From Mobula hypostoma (taxonomy: Eukaryota): a DNA stretch of 64,000 bases. Made by a program: the position numbers and the translations under genes. The notes beneath the pieces were generated by a model, which saw only the letters and a program-made list of their open reading frames with translations, was not told the origin of the DNA and ran no database searches. Shown here one piece after another: positions 10,846 through 22,966 of the stretch. The DNA lies in contig NC_086107.1 in NCBI RefSeq assembly GCF_963921235.1, positions 111,168,001-111,232,000 on the forward strand. The letters are read 5' to 3'. Within the stretch, counting starts at the first letter, position 1. The number at the start of each line of letters is the position of its first letter.

Positions 10846-11994
10846 ACTGCCTTTCTCCTCAAATAACAACAGAAAATGAACGTCAAACCTTCCTGGCCTC
10901 ACCCGTTTCCACCTAAGCCCGTTGAGCCGAAGCCCTTAAGCCTTCACTCTGCTCCCGGCTCACTCCGCTGCCCGCTGTATGAGGCTCTGTTCCTTTTAAA
11001 TCTGTCGCGCTGCACTGCCCGACGTCACACACCTGCGCAGTCCCGCCTTTCTGAACGCCAATGGAGAAAAGAAAACAAAAATTTCAAAAATGTCTTCCTC
11101 CGCACTCCCGCCCCAACTCTCAGACTTCCTTCTTCGAATGACTATGACTATGACTATAAAGGATTCCAATTGCCTATCATATGGCACATCAACTTCCCTT
11201 TTTTTGATTTGAGGTTGCTAGGTTTTACAGTGAAATGGGAGGGAGACCTGCTGTGGGCAGAACATGATTGATGGATGGTTTATGACTCAGTGCAATTTCC
11301 CTGATCTGTCAGATGACCACAGGCCCCAGTTATTTCAGATCTGCCTGGGGACGCGATGGGAATTTATCAACGTGCTCGCTGGCCAAGAGCAAGTGAGCCT
11401 GTGCAGGAGAGGTGGATCAGAGGGTCAGTACAGAATGAGCCACTTAACATCCCATTCCACGAGCCCAGAAAGGAAATTGCCTGTCGCCTCCCTCTGGTGT
11501 CCTCCTCTCTTCCCTGTCTCCCGTGGTCCACTCTCTTCTCCTGTCAGAATCCTTTATCTTCAGCCCTTTAGGTTTACCACCTAACACCTTCCAGCTTCTC
11601 GCATCATTCTGTACTCCCCCTCCCCATTTGGTCTCACTAATCACCATCTAGCTTGTATGTACTCCTTCCTCTGCTCCCCCCGCCATCTTCTTATTCTGCA
11701 ATCTACCCCCTTTCTTTCCAGTCCTGATGTAGGCTTTCAGCCAAAACATCAACTCTTAATTCTTCTCCATAGACACTGCCTGAACTGTTGAGTTCCTCCA
11801 GCATTTTGTATGTGTTGCCCCCCGAAAGAAAACCCACAGATGTTATCGGAGTCTATTCTTGTATAATTTCTTATGTGGTCCCCAAAAATCTGTCCCATAT
11901 TTTGCTCATCCTTGTTTGGAGATTGCTCAGAATATCATCAGTTTTATTCACCAGTTTTATTTTGACCTCAGGATACCACGGTCCCCATTTATCA

Positions 11995-12522
11995 TCCCTA
12001 CTCATGAGTGTGTGTTCATGATCTTCTGCTGCTGTAGCCCATCCACTTCAAGGTTCAACATGTTGTGCATTCAGAGATGCTCTTCTGCCCACCACCGTTG
12101 TAACACGTGGTTATTTGAGTTACTGTCACCTTCCTGTCAGCTTGAACTAGGCTGGCCATTACCCTCTGACCTCTGAAGGACTGGCACTTTTCACTCACAG
12201 AACTGGCACTCACTGGATTTTTTTTTCTGTTTTTCACACCATTGTCTGTAAACTCTAGAGACTGCTATACATGAAAATGCCAGGAGATCAGCAGTTTATG
12301 AGATACTCAAACCACCCCATCTGGCACCAACAATCATTCCACGGTCAATATCACTCAGATCACATTTCCTCCCAATTCTGATGTTTGGTCTGAACAACAA
12401 CTGAACCTTTTGACCATGTCTGCATGCTTTTATGCATTGAGTTGCTGCTAGGTGATTGGCTGATTAGATATTTGCATTAACAAGCAGGTGTACAGGTGTA
12501 CCTAATAAAGTGGCTGAGAGTG
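11995..12522 (-). mobile_element. Tc1-derived non-autonomous element
   Basis: Ends in gtacctaataaagtggc, with remnant transposase LVQADRKVTVTQITT. A homologous copy in the opposite orientation lies at ~17590-18080. Confidence 0.65.
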
Positions 12523-12589
12523 CATATCCCGTCAGATCTCACTGTAAGAATAACATTCTCTTGCTCAGATTTGAACCAGGGGCTAAAAC

Positions 12590-13005
12590 CTCATAGAACG
12601 TGGAAGATTACAGCACAGGAACAGGCCATTCAGCCCATAATGTTGTGCTGAACCAGCTAAAAAGCAAATCAAAAACACCCAAACACTATTCCCTCCTACC
12701 TACACCATGTCCTTATCCCTCCACCTTCCTTACACCCATGTGCCTATCCAAATATCTCTTAAAAGCCTCTAATGTATTTGCCTATACCACCATACCAGGA
12801 AGCATATTCCAGGCATCCATGACTCTCTGAGTAAAAACTTACCCCTCGCATTCCCCTTGAACCTACCCCCCTCACCTTCAATGCATGCCCTCGAGTACTA
12901 GATATTTCTACTCTCTGCCCACTCTACCTATGCCTCTCATAATCTTGTAAACCTCTACTAGATCTCCCTCAGCCTCCATCCTCCAGAGAAAATAACCCAG
13001 GTTTA
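12590..13005 (-). mobile_element. CR1 3' fragment
   Basis: Homologous to 2720-3116 (tttttactcagagagt...tggaatatgc) with a ttctatg tail. Confidence 0.75.
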
Positions 13006-14599
13006 GATTTTAAGGCCCACCACTTTGCCTTTGCTGTGTCCTGTCCTTCAGATGAAACTGTAAATGAAGACCCAGCCTTCTCTCCTTCTCTCTTCGATGG
13101 ATACGAAGGATAGCAAAGAAATCATCCAGGCAAAATCTCATCCCACTGCAACATACTGTGCAGATGAAGGGTCTCGGCCTGAAATGTTGTTCATTCCTTT
13201 GCATGAATGCTACCTGATCTGCTGGGTCATTCTTGCGACCTTTATCGCATTCCTTGGTGCTTGCAAAAGGTGCTGGGGGAGCGGATTATCTTGTGAAGTG
13301 TGTTGTGAGAGAGGAAAATCCAGGGAAAACAGAGCAAAATCACTCCCAGTTGGAATGGTGTGTAACCTTTGGTAATCAGCGTTAGGAGGGTGACATTGCC
13401 CTTGATCGTGCAATAATGCTGGAGGTGGGACAACGCAGAATAAGTTTGGCACGGACTAGATGGGCAGAAGGGTGTTTTTCTGTGCTGTAGTACTCTATAA
13501 CTCGATAACCGGGCCTGCAACCGATTTTTTTTCTCTAAATAAACGATTTAATTGACGAGGGTATTCGCGGCAAGCCAGCATTTCCTGCACATCCCTAATC
13601 AGCCGCACGGTGGCAGTGGGGAGCCACCCTCATGAACCACTGCAGAAGTGAAGATAGAGCGTTTTGGGAGGAGATACCCGGCTAATGGCGAGAGATTTCA
13701 AAATAAGGAGCTTCCATGGAGGGGCGTTCTGTGTTCCCATAACCTTCCTGCCCTTGTCCTTTAAGGTGTGGGACACGGATTAAGAATGGTTACTTATTTA
13801 TTTAGAGATACAGCGCGGACGCCGCCCAGCAACCCCCGATTTAACCCCAACCTAATCACGGGACAATTGACAATGACCGATTAACCTACTAACCGGTACA
13901 AATCTTTGGACTGTGGGAGGGAACCCTCACATTCCACAGGGAGAACGTACAATTTCCATACAGGTGATGCCGGAGATGAACTCCGACGCCCCAAGCTGTA
14001 AGTGACCTCAGTACCTTTTGTGGATGGAACATACTGTGTGACAATGGGGGAAAGGATTGAGTGGCCAGGAGGATAAATCGGGCGCCAGCGCTCAAGGCAG
14101 CTTTGCACTGGATGCCACTGAGAGCCCAGGAATTGCAGTGGTGTTCCCAGTGAGAATTTTTCTTTCCGATCTTGAAGTATTTTATAAAGTAGATTTACCC
14201 AGGGCTGGTCATGACTCATTTTTAAACTTCACTACCAAATGACAAGAGGCGGATGGGGTGGAAACGTTTCCTTTTGCAGCGCCTCACCTTCAATTTGCAA
14301 TCTTCTGGCAGTCAGTTTAACACTTGATGGTAAACTTTGTATTCAAAGTTCTTCGCTACTGGCTGGTATCCACCAAGGGGCACTTGGAGAGTGTGTAAGG
14401 GTCCAGAATTGGTAGGGCCGTTGGCTCCAAAATCCTAGTATCACACCCTAGCCCCTCCACGCCTGTAAGTCACCCTGACAACGTCACCGATGTTATACCC
14501 TCACCATGCCCAGTGCCTTGAAAAAGTAGTCGGCACCCGACACTTTGTTCACGTAAATGAATATTACAGCCAGGTACTTGGATCAATATAACTGAGAAT

Positions 14600-16011
14600 T
14601 TTTATTCGTGAATTGCATACTCCTTTTCCCCCCACATTAGAGCCCCCCCAAAAACAGGGTAAATTGTAAAGCATGAAAAACTAAAGCTTCAAAAAAATAT
14701 CTGCAGTTCAAAAGTATTCATCCCCCTTTGCTCAGCATTTTGTTAAACCAGCTATTAGGGCCAGCAGTCTTTTTGGATAAATCTCTATTAGTTTTGCACA
14801 ACGCCTATTCCTCCTCCTCCTCACAAAATTGCTGGAGTTGTGCTATCTTAGTTGGGAAGCGGCAGTGGACAGCAATTTAGAGGTCTTGGTAGAGATGTTC
14901 AATCGGGTTAAAGGCAGGAATCTGACTGGGTCACTCAAGGACATTAATTTTCTTCATTTAAAGCCACTCCATGGTTGCTCTGGGCTGTGGTCCTCCTGAG
15001 AGATTAACTGGGAAGGAGGTTTAAGTTTTCTGGTGGAGGCCAGCAGGTCTTTAATCCAGGATCTCTCTGTATTTAGCAGCATTCATCTTCCCATCAATCC
15101 TGACCGGATTTCCAAAAGGCATCCCCATAGCATGCTGCTACCTCCACCCTTACAGTAGGGATGGTGTCACCTGGTTAATGTGCAGTATTAGATTCATGTC
15201 ACACTTACCACTTAGTGTTGAGGCCAGAAAGTTCCATTTTAGTTTCATCCGACCACAAGACTCTTCCATGTCTTCACAGTATCTTCCAAGTGACACCATG
15301 CCAAATCTTTACAGGCAAGGGCTTCTTCCTTGCCACTCTTCCGCAAATACCCTTTTTGTGCAAGGCCTTGGAGATTGTGAAGCCATGAACCTTATCTTCA
15401 GTTGCAGCTGCTGAGTGACTGTTGGCATCACAATAGCCGCTTTTTAAAGTGCCATTCTCCTCCAGCAACTAAGTTTAGAAGGGTGGATTGACTTAAGCAG
15501 TGTGGCTGTGGTTTCATATTTTCATGATGGACTGCACTGAGCTCAGAGATATGGTCAGTGCCTTTGAGATGGTCTTATACCCTTCCCCAGATTTGTGCTT
15601 CTCGATTACCATTTCCCTGACTTGTCTTGAATGTTCTTTTGCCTTCATTTTGGTTTTGTTCTGTTCAAAATCTACCATACTGTTGGACTTTACAGAGGAA
15701 GAGGGTATTTATTCTTATGAATTCATTGAAAATAGGTGATCCTCCAAATTTCTACATCAACAAATTGGGTAAGTTGGTATTGCACCCAAGGAAAGTTAGC
15801 ATAATTAAAAGGGGGATGAATACTTCTTCAGCCTCACAATTTTAGGTTTTAGTTGTTGTCAGATAAAAAGAGACATTCCAAAAGCTATCATTATGCACGT
15901 TGTTTTTAGAATAGCTCAAAAAATCCCACTTCAAAACATCTTAAGCTTAGAAAATGAATTGGTAAGGTGTGAAAGTAGCTGTGGTGGCTGAATACTTTCC
16001 CATGGCTCTGT
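14600..16011 (-). mobile_element. Degenerate Tc1/mariner transposon (left edge approximate)
   Basis: aaagtattca/gaatactt terminal motifs at 14711, 15818 and 15990. Remnants TISKALHKKGICGRVARKKPL and WSDETKMEL. Confidence 0.75.
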
Positions 16012-16424
16012 ACTTAAATTGTGTTCCATCTGTCCTTGGACGGCACACCCTTCCTTGACCAGATTCACTGGCAATTCTTGCAATCTAGTCCGTTATGTGA
16101 TCTCCCTTATGAGAAGAGACCAACAGCATATTGGGGGATCTAGTGTGTGGAACATCTCCATGCCGTCTGTAGAGGTGACCCCATAGCCTGTCACTTCTAT
16201 GCTCCATCTCATTGTCACATGGTTCTAATGCAAACTGGAGGCTGGATACATTGTAGCCTTGTTGGACTTGGTATGAAAATCCACATTTCAGGAGAACTTG
16301 CTATTTCGGTTTGTTTCAGAACTGGCCCAATGTTGTAAGGTCATCCATTTGTAATTTTTAACCCAATTTTCTCCCCCTCTGTCCTCACAGAAGACTGCCT
16401 GGCCTGCCAGAGAGTATCAGCACA

Positions 16425-16935
16425 AGACCATCAGACATAGGAGCAGAATTAGGCCATTCAGCCCATCGAGTCTGCTCCATTCCATAATGGCTGATCCAAC
16501 ACAACCGCCTACACCCACCTTCTCACCATATTCTTTGATGCCCTGACCAATCAGGAAACAATCAATTTCCACCTTAAATATTCCCATGGACTTGGCTTCC
16601 ACCACAGTCTGTGGCAAAGCATTCTACAGATTTGCTACTCTCTGGCTAAAAAAAAATTCCTCCTTACCCCTGTTCTAAAAGGTCAACCCTCAATTTTGAG
16701 GCTGTGTCCTCTAATTCTGGATACCCCCACCAAAGAAAACATCCTCTTCACATTCACCCATCTAGTCCTTTCAACACTCAGTAGATTTCAATGAGATCCC
16801 CTCGCATTTTTCTAAATTCCAGTGAGTACAGGCCCAAAGCTGCCAAACGCTCCTCATATGTTAACCCCTTTATTCCCGGAATCATCTGGATTCTCTCCAA
16901 TGACAATACATCTCTTCTGAGATATGGGGCTCACC
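16425..16935 (-). mobile_element. CR1 3' fragment
   Basis: PQTVVEAKSMGIFKVEID...GIKEYGEK and a typical 3'UTR. Similar fragments at ~19595-19725, 21370-21695, 24270-24775, 37750-38075, 40435-40750, 41095-41640, 42270-42860, 42895-43715, 50820-50950, 55620-56160, 58515-58780 and 61555-62130. Confidence 0.8.
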
Positions 16936-17589
16936 TCAGAAAGCATCTTTCTTTGAGTTTCGGATCTCAGCAGGGGACGGATTGGAGTCCTGATAAAGGT
17001 CTTGGCCTGAAACGTCAACCAATAGATGCTGCCTGACCTGCTTAGTTACTCCAGCATTGTGTGTGTGTGTGTGTGTGTGCGCGCGCATGTTACAATGAAC
17101 TCTGTTTTAACTTTAACCTCTCTGTTGGAGTTCTCTCTCTTTCGCTAACTGCCCTCACCCTATTGCCCAGCTACTCTGTAGTCTGAGCAAACCCAGCCAC
17201 ATTCTATCAAGAATACTCCCTTTATCCTATCGACAAATCCCCAGCTTTTCTCTGTGACTTGTACCTGGTTTCTTTCCCAGTTCCGAAGAGCCTTTAACCT
17301 CAAAGCTCAACTGTTTCCCTTTCTGCAGGTGCTGCTTGACTTACTGAATGTTTCCAGCATTTTTATGATTTTCAGATTTGCATCATCTGCTGGTCTCTCA
17401 CTGTACTTTCCACCCCTGCCCAGATTCATTTTCTGACCTCTGTATTCTTCTATTTCTTGCCATGGCTGTGCATCAGCTTTGTGCTGAAACATTCCTCCCC
17501 CCTACTTTAACTTTCGTCCAGGAGGCCATTCAACATCCCTAACCCAACTTCTCCATTCAGAGCATTGCCAACCCAAATCCTTAACATAT

Positions 17590-18080
17590 ACATCAGTGGT
17601 TACTTTATTAGGTACCTGGTCATTATTGCAAATATCTAATCAGCCAATCATGTGGCAGCAACACAATGCACAAGAGCATGCAGACATGGTCAAGAGGTTC
17701 ATTTGTTGTTCATCTGAATGGGGAAGGAATGTGATCTACATGACTTTGAATGTGGAACGATTTTTGGTGGTTTGGAGTATCTCAGAAACTGCTGCTCTTC
17801 TGGGATTTTCACACACAAGTCTCTAGAGTTTACAGGGATGGTGGGAAAACCCCCCCAAAAAAAATCCAGCAACCAGCAGTTCTGCGGGTGAAAACTCCTT
17901 GTTAATGACAGCGGTCAGAGAGGAATGGCCAGACTGGTTCAAGCCGACAGTAACTCAAATAACCACAGTGGTTTGCAGAAGAGCACCTCCGAACGCACAA
18001 CGTGTTGAACCTTGAAGTGGATGGGCTACAGCAGCAGAAGATCATGCCAGGTTCCACTCCTGTGCCTGATAAAGAGCCCA
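17590..18080 (+). mobile_element. Tc1-derived non-autonomous element
   Basis: Starts cagtggttactttattaggtac; reverse-complement homology to 11995-12522. Confidence 0.65.
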
Positions 18081-19464
18081 CTGATTGCACTTCGCTTGGT
18101 TTCACGCCCTCCGCCAATTCTCTTACAGTCTTCACCCACCTCCCACTCCACCCAGTTTGGACAATCTACTCACCCATCCATTTTGCCGCCACATCTCAAG
18201 TCAGAGATATTCTCTTAAGGTTTGCAGGTCAGTGTAACACCGAACTGACTACTCATTTCCAGAGCTTTGGGTACAAATAACTTTGGGAGAAGGAGCATCT
18301 TTGGTAGAGCTTGAGAGAGCCAAGTGTAAGGACTGACTGAAAACTCACTGGAAGGAACATTCACAATACAACAGACGGTACTTTGGTCAGCCACTCCACA
18401 GGCAATTAATGAAGTACTAATTAGGAAGAGTTGTATTTTGTTACTTTCAAAATAGTTTATACAGCACTGGTATTACAAAATAAAGTCAAAATGGCACCCC
18501 CACGCCCCCACAACAGTGCAAAGATCACAGCAACTCTTTAGTAAATCTACACTGAACATTGACTGGAAGTGTGTTTGTTTGTGTGTGTGTGTGTGGGGGG
18601 GGGAGTGAAAGTCTGAAAAGATTAATCCAACTCTAACGAACTTTCACTGAGGAATACATCAGAACGAAACAACTTCTACAATGGAAGGTGGGAATGGGAT
18701 CGGCTGGTTGTGTGTTTGCTCTTGTATTTTCCACCTGGTGGTTTCTTTTTTTAAAATATATAATTAATTAAACTAGATGCTGGGAGTATAATAGTTAGCC
18801 TGAGAGAGATTTAAGATCTTTTTAAAAAATTGATCAAAAAGGGATTTTTAAAACACAAGAGATGCTGGAACCTTCCGGAACACACAACGCGCCGGGGGAA
18901 CCCAATAGGTCGGACAACATCCACGAATAGGAATAAAAGAGCTGGCGTTTTGGGCTGAGACCCTTCATTAGACTGAAACGTCAGCTATTTATTCCCCTCC
19001 ATAGATGCTACCTGACTTGCCGAGTTTCTAGAGGGAATCCTGAAGGGCTATTTTATTTTCCCACAGTAATAAAGAGGAATAATGTATAGACAAGATGGCT
19101 CTGAAACCTATCAAGACTTTTCTGAGAAGCAGATTAGGATCCACCCTCATCTTAAGGAGGCTGTTTGAAGCACTATGTGACTAAACTCCAAGCTGAATGA
19201 ACAGGCTTCATGCTGTACTGCAACTTAATACCATTTTGCTTGATTGGATCTTGTGTTTGGTGGGTCTCACACCCAGCCCCAACCATCCTTCTGAAGAGAG
19301 CTGCCTGCCCGCCCACTTCACCCCTCCCTTCCCAAAGGAGGGAGTGGAACAGAAGCCATAAGACTATAATGGTAAGAAGCGCTAAGGCAAAACGAAGACA
19401 GAGCAGGCTTTAGGAATAACTCTACTTTGAGTACACCGACATGGGAAGAAAAAAAAACAAGTCG

Positions 19465-19470
19465 TTTATT
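19465..19470 (-). terminator. Candidate polyadenylation signal of the EMP gene
   Basis: AATAAA on the minus strand about 700 nt after the stop codon, followed by a U-rich tract (cgacttgtttttttttc). A more distal site near 18450 cannot be excluded. Confidence 0.45.
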
Positions 19471-20160
19471 GGCCAGAGATATCTTCTGGATCTGGGCAAC
19501 TTAGCTTCTGACCAGAATTCAATCAAACGACCACAGGAGTTTTCAAAAGGAGTGCACATTCTTCTCTGGTAGATGGCAGTGTCTGAGGTATTAGACGCAA
19601 GAGCAGAATTAGGCCATTCGGCCCATTAAGCCTGCTCTGTTGTTCCAGCGTGGCTGATTTATTATCCCTCTCAACCCCATTCTCCTAGTAACTTTTGATG
19701 CCCTGACTAATGATGAACCTATCAGGATTTCTATCAATTCAAATTTCCTCACTCCCCAAGACCATAAGACCCAGATTTTTGTAAGCGGAGGGGGCGGAGG
19801 CAGGGGGAAAAACGAGAGTGCCTATTATGTAATTATTTAAAATATGTATTGCCCCGAGTTTGTGTGAGAAACAGGGAGGCAAGATCCTCTCATTTGAGGA
19901 TGGCCTCTGTGCTACTCACAGGGCAGGCCCTTGGGTAGGCTGCACACCTTTCAGCTAACAGATAACAGGCATGGGTTCGTGTGGTGGGGGGGGGGGTTGG
20001 GGACAGAGGTGCACGAGAGAGTACGAGTAAAGGACAAAGAATTTACAAAAATAGCATTGTCTTTTCAAAATGGAAATCCAGTTTAAGATTTAAAAAAAAT
20101 TTAACTAGGCCCCAAGATCCATTTTCCCTGAGCCTTGTACATCGGCCGTAAGGGGGAGGC

Positions 20161-20318
20161 CTACTCTCTCTTGCGAAGTATCGTGTACATTATCCCACTG
20201 GCCAGTGTCAAGGGGAAACAGAGCCAAGCCAGGACATAGGAGGAGCCGTACCAGCCAGTCTTGTCGTCACGGTGGAAGTAAATGGTGTAGATGCTTGCCG
20301 CGATCACCACACACAAAC
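20161..20318 (-). CDS. emp1: PMP22/EMP-family gene, last coding exon ([52 protein letters not shown])
   Basis: Acceptor tgtgtcctcctccAG|G; 158 nt ending in TAG at 20163-20161. YGxSYxLAW and a C-terminal LRKRE. The spliced CDS is 474 nt = 157 aa, and exon sizes 78/97/141/158 match my recollection of vertebrate EMP1. This exon is absent from the ORF track. Confidence 0.95.
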
Positions 20319-20677
20319 CTGGAGGAGGACACAAAAGCACCTTTCATTTCACCGCTAGACAAAGTGGTCTCCACACTGAAGCTTTAAATATTAACAAAAT
20401 CATCAAAAATACTCTGCAAGAGTCTCAGAGGAGAGCCATCCTTTCTTGCAGACTGCCACATGGGTGCTCAGGACATGTTCTGGTCTCTAGAGGCGCAGTT
20501 GAACATCACTTCCTGTACACAAGCTATTTCTTTTTTACATCATTTCCTGTGTGAATTAACTTGAAGCACGTGGTGAAAAGATACCCATCCACCAAAACAG
20601 CAATATCCGTGAGTCTTATATTTAGTTAATATTGGCAAACATTTTGAGGGAAGTATTATGTTTATCGCCCATTGCTA

Positions 20678-20855
20678 TTGTAGCCAGCATCCGCACCGGA
20701 GTGGGTTCGAATCCGGCCCGCTCCTCGCATGCTTTCCACCCGTGCTGGGCTGAACGTCAAGCTAGCAACTCGACCTCGTAAAAAACAGACAAAAACGCTA
20801 AAATGGCTAGGTTGCCACCCGATGCATCACAGGCGCGGAGAGGAACAACAACAAA
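20678..20855 (+). mobile_element. tRNA-derived SINE
   Basis: B box GGTTCGAATCC, homology to 53852-54035, and a (CAA)n tail. Confidence 0.6.
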
Positions 20856-21697
20856 ATATTGCTAGTAAGATATTGTACCACAAATTTACTCTTGTTCACA
20901 GGGCATAGTTATAGAGTGATGTGTACATGTATTATATTGGTTAATACTGATTGCGAGAATAATCAACCGTTTTAAGACACGTGGTGATTCTGTATTGAAT
21001 TTAGTACTATTTAACTTGCTGCAGATTCAAATTCAAGATCTCAGTAAAAGCCCTGAAAGTTGCCTCAGGTGATTTCTTTTTTGAGACGGTGTTTAACTCA
21101 CTGCAGAGCTTTGCTTATCCGCACTGCGAGGGCAGCAGAGGACGCTAACAGGGGACAAGCAGATGCTGATCCAAGACCACAATGTGGATAAATAAACGCA
21201 GATACTCAAAATAGGAAACTCAGTTGATTTTTAGATTTAATCGGCTTATAGTTAGGGGAGGTTGAATATGTTAAGAATTTATTCCCGAGATCCGTGGAGC
21301 CTTTGGTTCATGGTAAGGGTCTATGGTGTAAAAAAAGTAGAGAATCCCTGCCCTAGAGCGTGGGAGAATGAGGAGAGGTTTGATAAAGGTATACAGAATT
21401 ATTTGGGTAAATGCAAGCAGGCTTTTCCCACTGAGGCTGGGTGAGACTAGAACTAGAGATCGTGGGTTAAGGGTGAACGTCTTCACTCAGACAGTGATGA
21501 GGGAGTGGAGCAAGATGCGAGTGGAGGAGGTGGATACAGGTTTGACTTCAACATTTAAGAGAAATTTAGATGGGTACATGGATGGGAGGGATATGTCCAG
21601 GGTGCAGGTCGATGGGAATAGGCAGAATAGTTGTTCAGCACAGACTAGATGGGCCGAAGGGCCTCGTTCTATGCTGTAGAGCTCTATGACTCTACCT

Positions 21698-21777
21698 CAG
21701 GGGTTCCCAACCTGAGATCCACAGACCCCTTGCTTATTGGTATTGATCCATAGCATGATAAAGGTTGGGAACCCCTG
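21698..21777. mobile_element. 80-bp hAT-type MITE
   Basis: TIR CAGGGGTTCCCAACCT / AGGTTGGGAACCCCTG; both flanks are NTCTANNN. Confidence 0.8.
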
Positions 21778-22024
21778 TTCTATGAGAAGAGGTTAGTGAT
21801 TGATCAGACCACAAGATGGATTCAAAACACTTGATTTCCTGATTTTATACATCCTTTTAATAAATGAATAAGACTGTCAGACTTTGCATGAGGGCACCTA
21901 GCTATTTCCTTCCTGTTTCTTGCATGTCCCAGGACTTCTAGAACGCAATGATTTAACTACAGCTGCTATTTTTTCTTCTTGAATCCCTCTGACCATCAAC
22001 CGCGGGTGACTACAAAGAACAAAA

Positions 22025-22780
22025 TGTTGTCCTCCGAGCTTGGCAATTTACTTGTAAACATTTCATCACCACGCGAGGAGACATCCTCAGTGCGCTGTCC
22101 AGATGCTTGGCGTTTATATGCACTTTTCAATCAGCAAATTTAAACGTCATTTCGGATACTCAATTGTGATGTGAGGAAGAAATCTCATCGCCGAGTGGCT
22201 GTGCAGTCAATTTCATGCATTATGGTTGGGAACTTTGCTGGCAACAGCTCATAAATAGCATTGAGGTCTACATGTTTGTTTACTAAATTGTCCGTGGAAA
22301 ACCACGCTTCTAGGAATTCTCTTGCTTGCCGCGTGTTCACTTGCGCCATGACTTTCACTGACGTCCAGCCGAATTTGTGCCCCTCTTGATCTTCACTGGT
22401 TAACTGGGCATCAGTAAAAGTCATGGAGCAAACGAAAACCCGGCACACAAGGGAATTCCTAGAAGTGTGGTTCCCACCAACAGTTCTTAAACGAACACAC
22501 AGTCCTCGATCCTATTTATGAGCCGATGAGGACAAAATTCCCGACCACAAAGTTCACCGCACGGGCAATCAGCGACCAGACTTCCTCGCCACATCACAAC
22601 CGAGTTTCTGAAATGGCGGCCAATCAGCTGATTGAAAAGTGTATGAAGGCCAAGCATTCGGAGGACACGCCACAATCAACAGTGCACTGACAACGTCTCC
22701 TCGCGTGGTGACGAAACGTTTGCAAGTGAATTGCCAAGGTCGGAGAACAGCTCAACCCAACCGTCGACCACTCGAGCCTT
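22025..22780. mobile_element. Penelope-like inverted pair (third family) with a hammerhead motif in each arm
   Basis: Left arm (minus) encodes REFLEAWFSTDNLVNKHVDLNAIYE. The right arm is its reverse complement about a centre at ~22370-22403. Confidence 0.82.
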
Positions 22781-22825
22781 ACATCTTCTGGATTATTTCT
22801 AAGAGCAAAATGTATGCAGACTTAC

Positions 22826-22966
22826 AGGCGAGCAGCTGGAAGACACCGGTGAAGATGAATCGATTTCCTTGATTCAGTGTAAAGAGCTGGCAGATGAAAA
22901 CGAAGAGCCCGCAGCAGCTGAAGATCACAGCCAGCACCATGCACGCCTGGATCGCCTGCAAGGATT
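22826..22966 (-). CDS. emp1: PMP22/EMP-family gene, coding exon 3 ([49 protein letters not shown]2-TM3)
   Basis: Acceptor cttgtacctctAG|A and donor T|GTAAGT; 141 nt, phase 1 to 1. LQAxQA and QLFTLxxGxRF are family signatures. Confidence 0.95.

Larger units (their letters stand above)
6778..11137 (-). mobile_element. Full-length CR1 LINE (~4.36 kb)
   Basis: CpG-rich 5'UTR, ORF1 (zinc finger, leucine zipper, esterase), ORF2 (APE-RT), short 3'UTR and a (TTTCTATG)n tail. Flanked by ATGA at 6774-6777 and 11138-11141. Confidence 0.96.

Noticed and set aside
7259..11271. Plus-strand ORFs such as 8762-9538 (258 aa) and 10042-10879
   Set aside because: Antisense shadows of the CR1 ORFs with no independent motifs.
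18940..18985. Hammerhead motif in sense orientation within a possible long EMP 3'UTR
   Set aside because: Both core boxes are mutated (CUAAUGA, AAAA), and it lies beyond the best poly(A) signal.
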